Shown one piece after another: positions 40,873 through 51,158 of a DNA stretch of 64,000 bases (positions are counted from its first letter, which is position 1; every line of letters begins with the position of its first letter). Location of the stretch: the NCBI GenBank assembly GCA_963833985.1, contig CAWIAD010000002.1, forward strand, positions 2,688,001-2,752,000. Reading direction: 5' to 3'. Origin of the DNA: an uncultured Planctomycetaceae bacterium. GTDB lineage: Bacteria; Planctomycetota; Planctomycetia; Isosphaerales; Isosphaeraceae. Under the pieces are notes generated by a model, which made no database searches, had not been told where the DNA came from, and saw only the letters and a program-made list of their open reading frames with translations. The position numbers were made by a program, and so were the translations under genes.

Positions 40873-41844
40873 TCAGCACTCGATGTCGGCAGCAGCGACG
40901 GGCTCGGCTGCGGTGGGTCGTAGCTCGCGGAGCGAACGGGGCAGGGGGAAGTGGACGTTCTCTTCGCGCACGAACGCTTCCTCGATGGTCGCGCCGTGGT
41001 GGTTTACGAGATACTCGATGCACTGGCCCACCACCTCCTCGGGCGCCGAGGCTCCCGCGGTGATGAGCACCGTGTCCACGCCCTCGAACCAGTGGGACTG
41101 GATGTCCGAGACTCCATCAACCAGGTGGGCGGGGATGCCCATCGAGGCGGCAATCTCCGCCAGCCTGCGGCTGTTCGAGCTGTTCTGGCTGCCCAGCACC
41201 AGAACCAGGTCGGCACGCGCCGCCAGCTCGCGAACGGCCTCCTGGCGATTCTGGGTGGCGTAGCAGATGTCGTCCTTGGGAGGGTTGGCGATCTGCGGGA
41301 ACTTTTCTCTCAGCGCCGCGATCACCAGGTTCGCGTCGTCAACGCTGAGGGTTGTCTGGGTAAGATAGGCGACCTTCATCGGGTCTGCGACTTCGAGGTG
41401 CCAGACATCCTCGGCGGTCTCGACAAGCACCATCCGCTCGGGTGCTTCGCCCATGGTGCCGATCACCTCGTCGTGCCCCTCGTGACCGATGAGGACGATG
41501 GTGTACCCCTCGCGGGCGTACTTGATGGCTTCCAGGTGCACCTTGGTGACCAGCGGGCAGGTGGCGTCGATGGCGAGCAACTGCCGGCGACGTGCCTGAT
41601 CGCGGATCTGGGGCGAGACGCCATGGGCGCTGTAGAGAAGAGGCGATCCCTCAGGAACCTCCTCGAGCGACTCGACGAACACGGTCCCGCGCTTCTTGAA
41701 GCGGTCAACCACATACTTGTTATGGACGATCTCGTGGTACACGTAGACCGGAGCCCCAAAGTAATCGAGCACGCGTTCAAGGCACTCGATTGCCATGTTC
41801 ACGCCCGCGCAGAATCCGCGGGGATTGGCCAGGATAATCTTCAT
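40873..41844 (-). CDS. ispH: 4-hydroxy-3-methylbut-2-enyl diphosphate reductase
   Basis: PRGFCAGV, HEIVHN, SAHGV, DATCPLVTKVH, DICYATQNRQ, NSSNS, TAGASAPE. Confidence 0.98.
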   Translation of the reverse strand: MKIILANPRGFCAGVNMAIECLERVLDYFGAPVYVYHEIVHNKYVVDRFKKRGTVFVESLEEVPEGSPLLYSAHGVSPQIRDQARRRQLLAIDATCPLVTKVHLEAIKYAREGYTIVLIGHEGHDEVIGTMGEAPERMVLVETAEDVWHLEVADPMKVAYLTQTTLSVDDANLVIAALREKFPQIANPPKDDICYATQNRQEAVRELAARADLVLVLGSQNSSNSRRLAEIAASMGIPAHLVDGVSDIQSHWFEGVDTVLITAGASAPEEVVGQCIEYLVNHHGATIEEAFVREENVHFPLPRSLRELRPTAAEPVAAADIEC

Positions 41845-42069
41845 GATGCGCCGGTTCCTCGGGAACTAGAAAAGGACCCAAGTATCCTAGGCTGCAAGCC
41901 GGCTCAGGGGAAGCGAGGATCGCGCGCGTCCCGGCGCCGGCACCTGGCGTCCCGGGGGCCGCATTTCCTATCCTTGACTCTCTGACCTTTCGTTGATTCG
42001 CTGAACACGAGACGAGATCGCGTGGTCTCTGAAGCCGCAACGTTAGGCGGACAAAACGCGAAGGAGGCA

Positions 42070-42441
42070 ATGATGAATGAACTGCACCCCATAGACCGGG
42101 CCATCGCGGCACATGCCCGGTGGAAGTCCAACCTTCGGCTGGCGATCCAGACCGGCAAGAGCGAGTCGACCGTCGAGCAGGCCCATCGCGACGATGCATG
42201 CGCCCTGGGACACTGGCTGATTGATCGCCCGCAACATGAAAAGCACGGCGAGCACTTCCGCAACGTCCACGACCTGCACTCACGGTTTCACCGGGAAGCC
42301 GCGCACGTGCTGGAACTGGCCCTGGCCGGCAAACGCACGGAGGCCACCGCTGCCATGGCCATCGACGGGTCCTTCACGGCCGTCTCCGTCAAGCTGACGG
42401 CTGCCCTCACGGCCTGGAAGAAGGTCCTCGACCCGAAGTAA
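42070..42441 (+). CDS. Stand-alone CZB (chemoreceptor zinc-binding) domain protein
   Basis: AHARWK, CALGHWL, HSRFH give the 3His-1Cys ligand pattern; AGGAGG RBS. Confidence 0.88.
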   Translation: MMNELHPIDRAIAAHARWKSNLRLAIQTGKSESTVEQAHRDDACALGHWLIDRPQHEKHGEHFRNVHDLHSRFHREAAHVLELALAGKRTEATAAMAIDGSFTAVSVKLTAALTAWKKVLDPK

Positions 42442-42554
42442 GCCGCGCTCGTGGGACAAAACTCCGTTCTTCTCGACTCCCTTACCGCCGTGGGACAGGA
42501 CTCCGTTCTCGTTGACTCCTCCTCCGAAGGTCCTCGACCCGGAGTGAGCCGCGC
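42420..42554 (+). repeat. 29-bp direct repeat of the CZB gene end enclosing two tandem GTGGGACA units
   Basis: 42420-42448 vs 42526-42554 (27/29); inner units ~42450-42480 and ~42489-42519. Confidence 0.85.
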
Positions 42555-42843
42555 CGGCACACTTGTGATAGCCGCCTTCAAGTCTTGGCGAAACTTGCCT
42601 CGAAATTGCGCGCTTCGCCGGGTCAATCTGCGTGATCCTTGGTAGCCGGACCTGAAACGACAGCCTCGAACGGAACGAGCGGACCGCGAGAGCCCGCCGC
42701 TTGCCGACGGATCGCTCGCCAGACACTCAGGATCGCTCAGGTAACAACACAACTCGAACTGACTGCGCCGGCCCATCGCTCAGCATCATCACGGGCGTTG
42801 CGAGCGGGCAGGCCTTGACCACCAGGTTCCTGGAGACCCAGAG

Positions 42844-44325
42844 ATGCAACGCTGGCTGAAGCCACTCCATGAGATCATCGCGAGCCATCGCAACCTGCGC
42901 CCACGGAAGCCACGCGCATCGAAGCGCATCGACCTTTCGTGCGACGCACTCGAAGATCGAGTGACGCCATCGCATTTCGCCGCGGTTCACCATCTTGCCG
43001 TGGTGCACGTGCATGCAGCCGCCAATGTACATCATGTCGCCCGACATACGACGAACACGACCACAAGTCACACAACGTCCAAGACCGGCCTTCCCGTCAC
43101 GTCGGCCGCGGCCACGACGCCGCACTCTGCGCCCGCCACATCGGCGACCATCACGACGATCACCAGCCAGCCCGCCACAGCGAGCCTGCCTTCCCCGCCG
43201 AGCACGACCTCGGGCACATCGACGACCACCGGAACGTCCCCGGGCAATCAGGAATCCGAGGGAGGGGCCGAGCATGGCGCGGCGAATTCCGCGCTTTCGA
43301 CGGCCATTCAAACCCTTCAGAGCGACATCCAGACGATCCAGCTTGCGTCGGGAACCACGGTCGGCGAGCAGACGGCGCTACGGGTTGCTTACCAGAAGCT
43401 GGCCTCCGACGGGCTCTACCCGAGCAGCCATGCGTCGCTCTCGTCGTTCGAGAATACCCTGGTGACAACGAACGCCACCACTCCGGGCAGCCTGACCGGT
43501 AACACGACGCTTTTGACCCAGTTCCAGACCCTGTACACGCCCAGCACCGGAACGCTCTCCACCCAGCAGACGGCCGATGTGACCGCGGCGTACAACGCGC
43601 TGGCAGCCGCGGTGACCTCCGCCGGCATCACTGCCTCGGACGTCACGACAGTCAACACCGACTGGTCGGCCGTGCTGGCGGCCGCCGGCAGCACCAGTAC
43701 CGCGACCTATCCGTATTTCTCACTCGTGACCGGGCAGGGAATAGGTGACAGGGGCGGATTCGGGTTCGGCCCTGGTTTCGGGTTCGACCGCGGGTTCGGG
43801 TTCGGCGATGAAGGGATGGTCTCCTCGACGTTCTCCACCGCGATGCAGACGCTTCAGAGCGACGTCCAGACGATCCAGCTTGCGTCGGGAACCACGGTCG
43901 GCGAGCAGACGGCACTGCGGGTTGCGTTCCAGAAGCTGGCCTCCGACGGGCTCTACCCGAGCAGCCATGCGTCGCTCTCGTCGTTCGAGAATACCCTGGT
44001 GACAACGAACGCCACCACTCCGGGCAGCCTGACCGGTAACACGACGCTTTTGACCCGGTTCCAGACCCTGTACACGCCCAGCTCCGGAACGCTCTCCACC
44101 CAGCAGACGGCCGATGTGACCGCGGCGTACAACGCGCTGGCAGCCGCGGTGACCTCCGCCGGCATCACTGCCTCGGACGTCACGACAGTCAACGCCGACT
44201 GGTCGGCCGTGCTGGCGGCCGCCGGCAGCACCAGCACGGCGACCTATCCCTACTTCACGTTGGTGACCGGGGAAGGCCATGGCGACGTCTTCGGGCCGGG
44301 CATGGGCATGAATGGGGCCTGCTGA
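42844..44325 (+). CDS. Thr/Ser-rich extracellular protein with planctomycete N-terminal motif and a duplicated ~140-aa domain
   Basis: ALEDRVTPS motif; near-identical repeats 43315-43733 and 43852-44270. Confidence 0.8.
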   Translation: MQRWLKPLHEIIASHRNLRPRKPRASKRIDLSCDALEDRVTPSHFAAVHHLAVVHVHAAANVHHVARHTTNTTTSHTTSKTGLPVTSAAATTPHSAPATSATITTITSQPATASLPSPPSTTSGTSTTTGTSPGNQESEGGAEHGAANSALSTAIQTLQSDIQTIQLASGTTVGEQTALRVAYQKLASDGLYPSSHASLSSFENTLVTTNATTPGSLTGNTTLLTQFQTLYTPSTGTLSTQQTADVTAAYNALAAAVTSAGITASDVTTVNTDWSAVLAAAGSTSTATYPYFSLVTGQGIGDRGGFGFGPGFGFDRGFGFGDEGMVSSTFSTAMQTLQSDVQTIQLASGTTVGEQTALRVAFQKLASDGLYPSSHASLSSFENTLVTTNATTPGSLTGNTTLLTRFQTLYTPSSGTLSTQQTADVTAAYNALAAAVTSAGITASDVTTVNADWSAVLAAAGSTSTATYPYFTLVTGEGHGDVFGPGMGMNGAC

Positions 44326-44381
44326 AGAGGGATGAGCTTGCTTGCCCGCGTGGGACCCGTCTGATCCGTGAGCCCGCCCGC

Positions 44382-45425
44382 TCAGTGGGCCGGGTCCCAC
44401 TTCTTCCTCCAGCGCGCGTATTCCGCGGCCACTCCCTCGCCCCAGCGGCCATACCAGGCATATCCATTCCGGCGCTCGGCTTCAATCCGGCTCAGATCGT
44501 ACTGGATCACGCCGTCGCGGCCACAGAAGATCGGCCGGTTGGAGCCGATCTCGTAAAACCGGGCCCAGAGCGCGGGTGCGTCCTTGTCGGCCACGATGAC
44601 CCTGTCGCCATTGCGGACCTCCTGGCGTATTCCCGGCATCTCCGCCGAGCGGAACCACCGCGCTGCGGCATGGACGGCCTGCTGGATCTCGGGCCCCGGC
44701 TGATCCAGGCTCATCAGCAGCCGCACGATCCCCGCGCTCTCGGCGCTGGTCAATGCGGGCGGCTCGAAGGCACGTCCCCAGCGCGGTTCCAGCGTCGTCT
44801 CGTCGTGCTGCGCGCACCAGATCGTTGGAGCGCCCTTGACCTTGATCTGGCAGCTGAGTATGCACTGAATGCCCGAGTCGAAGGCCCGGCGCGCCTGCTG
44901 CCGCGAGGCCCCGTCCAGGAACGAGAACCTGGGTGAGCGCTGTACGTCGCGGAGGAATTCGAGGATGTTCACCATGGCGTCATCATTGAATGTGATGTGC
45001 CGGTGATAGCCCTTGCCCGGAGGGTCAAACTGGGGCCAGCCTCCGCAGGGATACTGAGCCTTCAGTACGTGCGTGAGGCCCTTCAGAAAGGCATCGCGGT
45101 TCTGGTCCATGCGCGTGGCCTGGAAGGCGCGTGCCAGGAATCGCAGCTCGCGGAAGGTAGCCCCGTTGTCGAAAGTGCCCTGAAGCTGGCTGCGGTCTCC
45201 CGTGAATGGTCGAGACGCCGTATCGATGTTCTTCGGCCAGCTTCCCCGGTCGGACTGGAAGGAACGGATGTTCGAGGCGACCTGAATGCCTGCGGGGCTG
45301 CGGAACCATTCGTCGGGTTTGTCCAGCAGTTCGTTCCACGGCCCGTCGGCGGCCCGCGTGGAAAGCCAGGTCGTGCCCACGGTCAGCAGAAATGCTGCCG
45401 TGCGGGTGATCTTCGATGGCAGCAT
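44382..45425 (-). CDS. pelA: Pectate lyase, PL10 (PelA-type)
   Basis: GSWPKN, TFDNGAT, AQYPCGGWPQF, ITFNDDAM, WCAQHD, WARFYE, ERRNGYAWY. Confidence 0.92.
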   Translation of the reverse strand: MLPSKITRTAAFLLTVGTTWLSTRAADGPWNELLDKPDEWFRSPAGIQVASNIRSFQSDRGSWPKNIDTASRPFTGDRSQLQGTFDNGATFRELRFLARAFQATRMDQNRDAFLKGLTHVLKAQYPCGGWPQFDPPGKGYHRHITFNDDAMVNILEFLRDVQRSPRFSFLDGASRQQARRAFDSGIQCILSCQIKVKGAPTIWCAQHDETTLEPRWGRAFEPPALTSAESAGIVRLLMSLDQPGPEIQQAVHAAARWFRSAEMPGIRQEVRNGDRVIVADKDAPALWARFYEIGSNRPIFCGRDGVIQYDLSRIEAERRNGYAWYGRWGEGVAAEYARWRKKWDPAH

Positions 45426-45808
45426 CCAGCATCTCCTTTCCCGTATGGTCCTCAGTCTCGGTCTCGGTCTCAGCCTCAGGACCCCGCTCCATTCGCCCTG
45501 CTTTCGACCTTGGGAAACCTCATGTGTCCAGAGAAAGCGGAGAGGAAGTAAGGGAAAAGGCACAGGCCGTGCAACCTCGAAGTATCGGCCCGAGTTCTCG
45601 CGGTCCGTCTGCTACCCTCCGCGCTGGGGCTCTCGCAGCGCCGCGGTGGATGCCTGCGCAGGCGTGAGCCCTGGAAAGCGGCAAGCTTGAATTTGAGACG
45701 GTTTGGCCTATTGACGATTGTAAATGGTATCCTAATCTGAGCGGGCAGCGCGCGCTTGGCGCTCATTTCGTTCTCGATTCCGATCACGGACCTCGAAAGG
45801 GTTACCGC

Positions 45809-47329
45809 ATGTTCGACCCATCTGCACGCAGACCCGTAACGGCTGGCGCGAGCCTGCTGTTATGGGCGGGGATTTGCCTTGGCGCGAGTTTGCCGGCTCA
45901 TGCCCAGGAGGCCTGGGACGCCGTGTTTTTGAAGGGCCACAAGATCGGGTACGTCCACACATTCATCGAGAAGCTCACGGAGAAAGGCCGGCCGCTCTAC
46001 CGTGTTCGCCAGGACCAGGTCTACACGTTCGCCCGGCTCGAGGACACCGTCACCATGAGCATGATGTACGGGACGATCGAGACTCCGGACGGCGAAGTCC
46101 TCCGGCTTGATACCCGCACGCTCACCAGCGACAACGAGATCCGGGTTTTCGGTGACGCCGTCAAGGGCCAGATGAAGCTGATCATGGAAGGGACCAAGCA
46201 GTCTCAGCATGTGACCATCCCCTGGGGCAAGGACATCCGCGGGCCGTACGCCGCCGAGCAAAGCATGGCCAGGAAGCCGATGGAGGAAAATGAGACCCGC
46301 AAGATCAAGATGTACATTCCCGACCTCAATCGCGTGGTCGATTTCGCCTTCAAGGCCGGCCCCATGGAGGAAGTGCCGCTTGGCGACGGCTCGCGCCGGC
46401 AGCTCCGCAAGGTCACCCAGACGGCGACGCTCGACGGCAAGCCGCAGCCCGTGCTCGACGCGGTGCTCTGGGCCGATTCCAGCGGCCAGGTGCTGAAGCT
46501 CGAGACCGACATGATGGGCGGCATCGTGATGTACCGTACCACCAAGGAAGGCGCGATCGACCTGGCCTCGCGCGGCAGCGCCAGGCTTGACGAGATCCGC
46601 AGCACCATGATCACGCTCAACAAGCTCATCCCCGACCCGCGCAAGACCCGCTACGTCCAGTACCGCATCAGCCTGAAGGATGCCGATCCCAAGCAGATCT
46701 TTCCGTCAGACGGGCGCCAGACGATCCTGCCCGGCGGCGAGAAGAACTCGGTCACGCTCAACGTCTTCTCCGCCGGTCCCGGCGACGGCGCGGCCGGCCC
46801 CGCCACGGTCGAGGAGAAGTATCTCCGGCCCAACGGAATCATCACCAGCGAGGACGATCGGGTCAAATCCCTCGCCAGACGCGTCATCGGCAACCGGCAA
46901 AACCCCTGGGATCAGGCGGTGGAAATCGAGCACTGGGTCTTCGAGAACATCCGCGACAAGAACTTCGCGACCGCTTTTGCCCCGGCCGACGAGGTCGCGC
47001 GGAACCTGACCGGAGACTGCTCGGAGCATGCCGTGCTGGCCGCGGCCATGTCACGTGCCGCCGGCATCCCGTCGCGCCTCGCCGTGGGACTGCTCTACGT
47101 GGATAACACCAAGCAGAAGCTCCAGGGCTTCGGTTACCACGTCTGGCACGAGGTCTACGTCAACCAGCGCTGGGTGGCGCTTGACGCGTCCTGGGACCAG
47201 TCCGTGGTGGACGCAACCCATATCAAACTTGCCGACACCAGCATGGAAGGCGTCGCCCCGTTCGAGGCCTTCCTGCCGATCGCCCGCATCCAGGGCAAGG
47301 TGGAGATCGAGCCGATCGAGTATCGGTGA
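45809..47329 (+). CDS. Secreted transglutaminase-like domain protein
   Basis: GDCSEHAVL, GIPSR, YHVWHEVY, WVALDAS (Cys-His-Asp triad). Confidence 0.9.
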   Translation: MFDPSARRPVTAGASLLLWAGICLGASLPAHAQEAWDAVFLKGHKIGYVHTFIEKLTEKGRPLYRVRQDQVYTFARLEDTVTMSMMYGTIETPDGEVLRLDTRTLTSDNEIRVFGDAVKGQMKLIMEGTKQSQHVTIPWGKDIRGPYAAEQSMARKPMEENETRKIKMYIPDLNRVVDFAFKAGPMEEVPLGDGSRRQLRKVTQTATLDGKPQPVLDAVLWADSSGQVLKLETDMMGGIVMYRTTKEGAIDLASRGSARLDEIRSTMITLNKLIPDPRKTRYVQYRISLKDADPKQIFPSDGRQTILPGGEKNSVTLNVFSAGPGDGAAGPATVEEKYLRPNGIITSEDDRVKSLARRVIGNRQNPWDQAVEIEHWVFENIRDKNFATAFAPADEVARNLTGDCSEHAVLAAAMSRAAGIPSRLAVGLLYVDNTKQKLQGFGYHVWHEVYVNQRWVALDASWDQSVVDATHIKLADTSMEGVAPFEAFLPIARIQGKVEIEPIEYR

Positions 47330-47332
47330 GAA

Positions 47333-47810
<478 letters not shown>

Positions 47811-47913
47811 TTTTCCCCTCATCGCCCTTGCCGGCCGCGGGAGCGGGCCGTAGACTGAGGCAAGAAAACCTGTCCATTCGTCGCTATGACTCGCCGCGAA
47901 GGACGTCAATGTC

Positions 47914-49372
47914 ATGGAACGGCACCTCGCGCTCCGCCTGGCCCCGGTGGCCATCACCGTTCTGGCCGTCGTGCCATTGCCCGCGGCATACGGTCAACAA
48001 AGAAACCGTCCTGGTGCCGAAGCCCGAATGAGTGCTCCGGCCATGGAGCGTCGCGGCCAGCCCGACGCCGTGGTCCAGGGCGCCCTGCGCGCAACCCCTA
48101 CACGGCGCCTTATCCCATCTCGGCGCTCTGGCGGAACGGTAGGCTGGTGCTGGCGGGCCGGGTCGGCACGAAGGTCATTCACGATATGGCCGTTCGTACC
48201 GTGATCGACCTGGGCTATCCGCTCCGTGACGACCTGGTCATCGACACCGCACTGGCTCACCAGGTGGCGATGGCACAGACGGCGATGGCGCAGGCGGCCT
48301 GGGCCGGCGGGGCGGCTTCGGGGGCTCCCGTGGCCGGTGGAGTGGTCGGAGCGTCCGCGCCCTATGTCGTCTATCCGCCTCCGCTTTTCGGCCGAGTCGA
48401 CGATCCGTTCTTCGGGTTCGAGCCTCCGCTGGTGTCGTTCCCGCCCTGGGCGACCTCCGGCAATCCGGATCCGCGCCTGAACCGCGTGGGGCTGATGGCC
48501 CCCGGGGCCACGCCAGGTGCAAATGGACCAGCGCGGCCGGCCCAGGAAGGAGCAGCCCAGGGGCCGATCAAGGGCCGCTTGCAGCTCACCGTGGACATGG
48601 CGGGTCAGGTTCACCTGAGCGGTGAAGTGGCCAGCGAACAGGACAAGCAACTGATCGAGGAGGAAGCCAGGAACACTCCGGGAGTGAGTCATGTGTACAG
48701 CGAGCTTCGGGTCGCCGCGGCACCGGGTTCCGAGCTCCCACCGCCGCCACCGCAGCCAGTCCTCGTTCCCGACCAGCAGCAACCGCTCGCTGCGCCCGCC
48801 GGGCATCAGGAACCGCCGGCTCCGCCCCGGCCCGCGCCGCAGCGCCGGTGCAGGACCCCCAATCTCGCTCCAACCCGCCGCAGCCGCTGAAGCCGGACCT
48901 GTCCATGGCGCGCGATGCTCAGAAGCTCACGAGGCGCGTCGCCGAGGCGCTTGCGCGTCGCGGCCCGCTGGCTGACCAGGCGATCGCGGTGCAATCGCAT
49001 GAGGACATCGTGACACTTTCGGGGAACGTCACCTCGGCCTACGAGGCGATGCTCGCCTACCGCACCGTCGAGCAGACGCCTGGCGTGCGCGAGGTCGTCG
49101 ACCAGTTGCAGTTCCAGGTTCCCGACGAGGACCATCCCAATCCACTCCGTCAGCAAGGCCGTCCCGAAGACCTGGAGCCGTACCTGATCTCACAGGTCCG
49201 CCGCCACGTGGGCGACCTGGCGCACATCGATCGGCTCAAGGTGCGCGGGGATCGCCTGGAAATCGAGGGGACCATCTCCGACGGCCAGGATGCCGGCCGG
49301 TTGAAGGCGATCCTGCGTTCGATGCCCCTGCTGCGCGATTTTCATCTCGATGCGACCTTTCGTCCCGAATGA
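47914..49372 (+). CDS. Multi-BON-domain secreted protein (frameshifts near 48095 and 48850)
   Basis: Signal peptide; LVLAGRV, VHLSGEV...TPGVSHVYSEL, VTLSGNV...TPGVREVVDQL, LEIEGTI. Confidence 0.8.
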
Positions 49373-49396
49373 CGCGCCCGCGGAATCGGAGCGGGC
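49237..49396 (+). repeat. 160-bp direct repeat, left copy (3' end of BON gene + downstream hairpin)
   Basis: Matches 50864-51023 with a few substitutions. Confidence 0.93.
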
Positions 49397-49559
49397 GATC
49401 TCTCGACTTCATTTCGACTATATGTCCATAGCCTTGTTTTTACCTGTTGGGTTTACCTCGGTGACCAGTTGAACTCTCCGCGATTTCGTTCCCTGACTTC
49501 AAAGCCGAGATCGAGGGCAACGCGTTATCGCCCACACCGGGCGAGAAAGCCTCCTCAAC

Positions 49560-50117
49560 TCAGGCGGGATCAGTTTGAAACGGCTCGGCCCCGATTGGTG
49601 GCAACTGGAGCTTGCGGATGACGCTTATCGAGAGGAAGAGGTGGTTCGGATCGTCGATCAAGGGGATGAAGCCGAACCTCAGGTAGAACTGGCGGGCCGC
49701 ATCATCAATGGCATGAACCTCCACTGCCCGAACGCCGACATGCTCAGCGAGGTGCTGTGCACGCCGTAATGCGTCGATCAGAAGCAGAGAGCCGAGACCT
49801 TGGCCTTGAGCCGAGCGGTCTACAGCCAGTCGTCCGAGGAGCACGACGGGGACATCCAGCCGGGGCAGCCCCTTCGCCTCATCGGCAGGGAGGGCCTTGT
49901 AAGTGACATGGTGGTTCGAGATGGCGTAGTAACCGACCACGATCTGGTCAGCAGACCTCGTGGCGACGTAGGTACGAGCCAGGTCTCGCTTCTCGAACTG
50001 GCTGGCTCTCTGCTTCAACCAGTCGGTCAAGATCGGGTTCCCGCAGTCGAACACCCTGCGATCGTGGCTTGACCCGAGCCGTTCGATCGTCCAGTCCTTG
50101 CTCGGTGGCTCAGCCAA
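49560..50117 (-). CDS. GNAT-family acetyltransferase toxin (AtaT/TacT-like)
   Basis: HDRRVFDCGN..L..WL, VVGYY, PVVLLGRLAVD..QGQGLG..LLIDAL, AIDD.A..FY..FGF; likely TTG start overlapping the antitoxin stop. Confidence 0.92.
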   Translation of the reverse strand: MAEPPSKDWTIERLGSSHDRRVFDCGNPILTDWLKQRASQFEKRDLARTYVATRSADQIVVGYYAISNHHVTYKALPADEAKGLPRLDVPVVLLGRLAVDRSAQGQGLGSLLLIDALRRAQHLAEHVGVRAVEVHAIDDAARQFYLRFGFIPLIDDPNHLFLSISVIRKLQLPPIGAEPFQTDPA

Positions 50118-50388
50118 GAGTCTTCTTGTACCTCTTGGCGGCTCTGACGAGTGCGGCATTGGGCCGAGTTTCAGCGTCGTCCAGGAGGGCGATAAAGCGG
50201 TCCCGATCACGGTCGCTCAGCGTCGTCACATTCCGCTGCTCGATGACCGAACGGGCCTGCTGGACGAGCGTGCTGACGGCAAAGTCGCTCACCGACTGCC
50301 CGAGGGATACGGCAGCTTCCTCGATCACTTCCTTGAGGTCGGCAGGGAGCCGGAAGTTCAGTCGGGCATCCCTTGCTCCGGTTGCCAT
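50110..50388 (-). CDS. DUF1778 (RHH) antitoxin (AtaR/TacA-like)
   Basis: RLNFRL...K..IEEAA...GQSVSDF...LSDRDRDRF..LLD....PN.AL. Confidence 0.93.
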   Translation of the reverse strand: MATGARDARLNFRLPADLKEVIEEAAVSLGQSVSDFAVSTLVQQARSVIEQRNVTTLSDRDRDRFIALLDDAETRPNAALVRAAKRYKKTLG

Positions 50389-50723
50389 GTTTCACCTCGG
50401 TCTCGCGCCGTCGTATAAGCGGACTTCCACACGATCATTTTAACGCGTCGTGTGGCAATCTGCCACCCACAGGAGAGAGAGAGTGTGTGGAGAGAGGGCG
50501 AGTAGAGAGGGGACAGTCAATGCGGTCGACTGGTGGAACACCCGCAAGATCAGATCGCCGACCTTTGCGCCGTAGACTCACCTCGACGGTGCGGTGCGCA
50601 GGCTCTCTGTCCATTCGGTCGCTTGTGATAACCTTCGCGCGCCGCGAGGGTCAGGTCGCGCGCGAAGGTCCGACCCCGCCTCAACCCGCGTGGGGCATTC
50701 CGCCGCCCGGGCGGGATGAAACT

Positions 50724-50854
50724 CGCCGGGCCTGGTCTGCTCGCTCACCATCCCGGGGAATCCAGTCGAAGAGGCCGTGCCGAAGGAAGTCGGTTGATGA
50801 CGGGTCGCCCCCCCTCTCATCCAACCTGCCGGCGTGCTTCACCATGTCCCCCTC
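50724..50854 (+). pseudogene. Third, shorter copy of the RAYT-like 3' relic, ending TGTCCCCCTC
   Basis: cgccgggcctggtctgctcgctcaccatcccggggaatccagtc...tccaacctgccggc...atgtccccct aligns with 17163-17291 and 14650-14779. Confidence 0.7.
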
Positions 50855-50863
50855 AAGTCTCCC

Positions 50864-51023
50864 CAAGGCACGCGGGGATCGCCTGGAAATCGAGGGGACC
50901 ATCTCCGACGGCCAGGATGCCGGTCGGTTGAAGGCGATCCTGCGTTCGATGCCCCTGCTGCGCGACTTTCATCTCGATGCGACATTTCGTCCCGAATGAC
51001 GCGCCCGCCGGATCGGAGCGGGC
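50864..51023 (+). repeat. 160-bp direct repeat, right copy
   Basis: Encodes the same RGDRLEIEGTIS...DATFRPE* as the BON gene end. Confidence 0.93.
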
Positions 51024-51158
51024 TCTCGCTCCTCGTGTCGAGGTCCGCAGAGCCGTGCTGGCCGGTCTGAAGGTGGGGCGTTATAATCGACGCTTTGCCG
51101 AGAATGGGGCGGCCGCTCGGAGGACGACCGCGCAGCCCGCTGGAGAGGAGTGTGGAGG

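Noticed and set aside
42586..42600. Second sigma-54 promoter (TGGCGAAACTTGC)
   Set aside because: GG-to-GC spacing is 8 rather than the required 10 nt.
45450..45480. CTCAGT/CTCGGT hexamer run upstream of the pectate lyase
   Set aside because: Too short to assign any function.
50373..50999. 208-aa ORF ending like the BON protein
   Set aside because: Chance read-through into the duplicated gene end; the N-terminal part is not protein-like.
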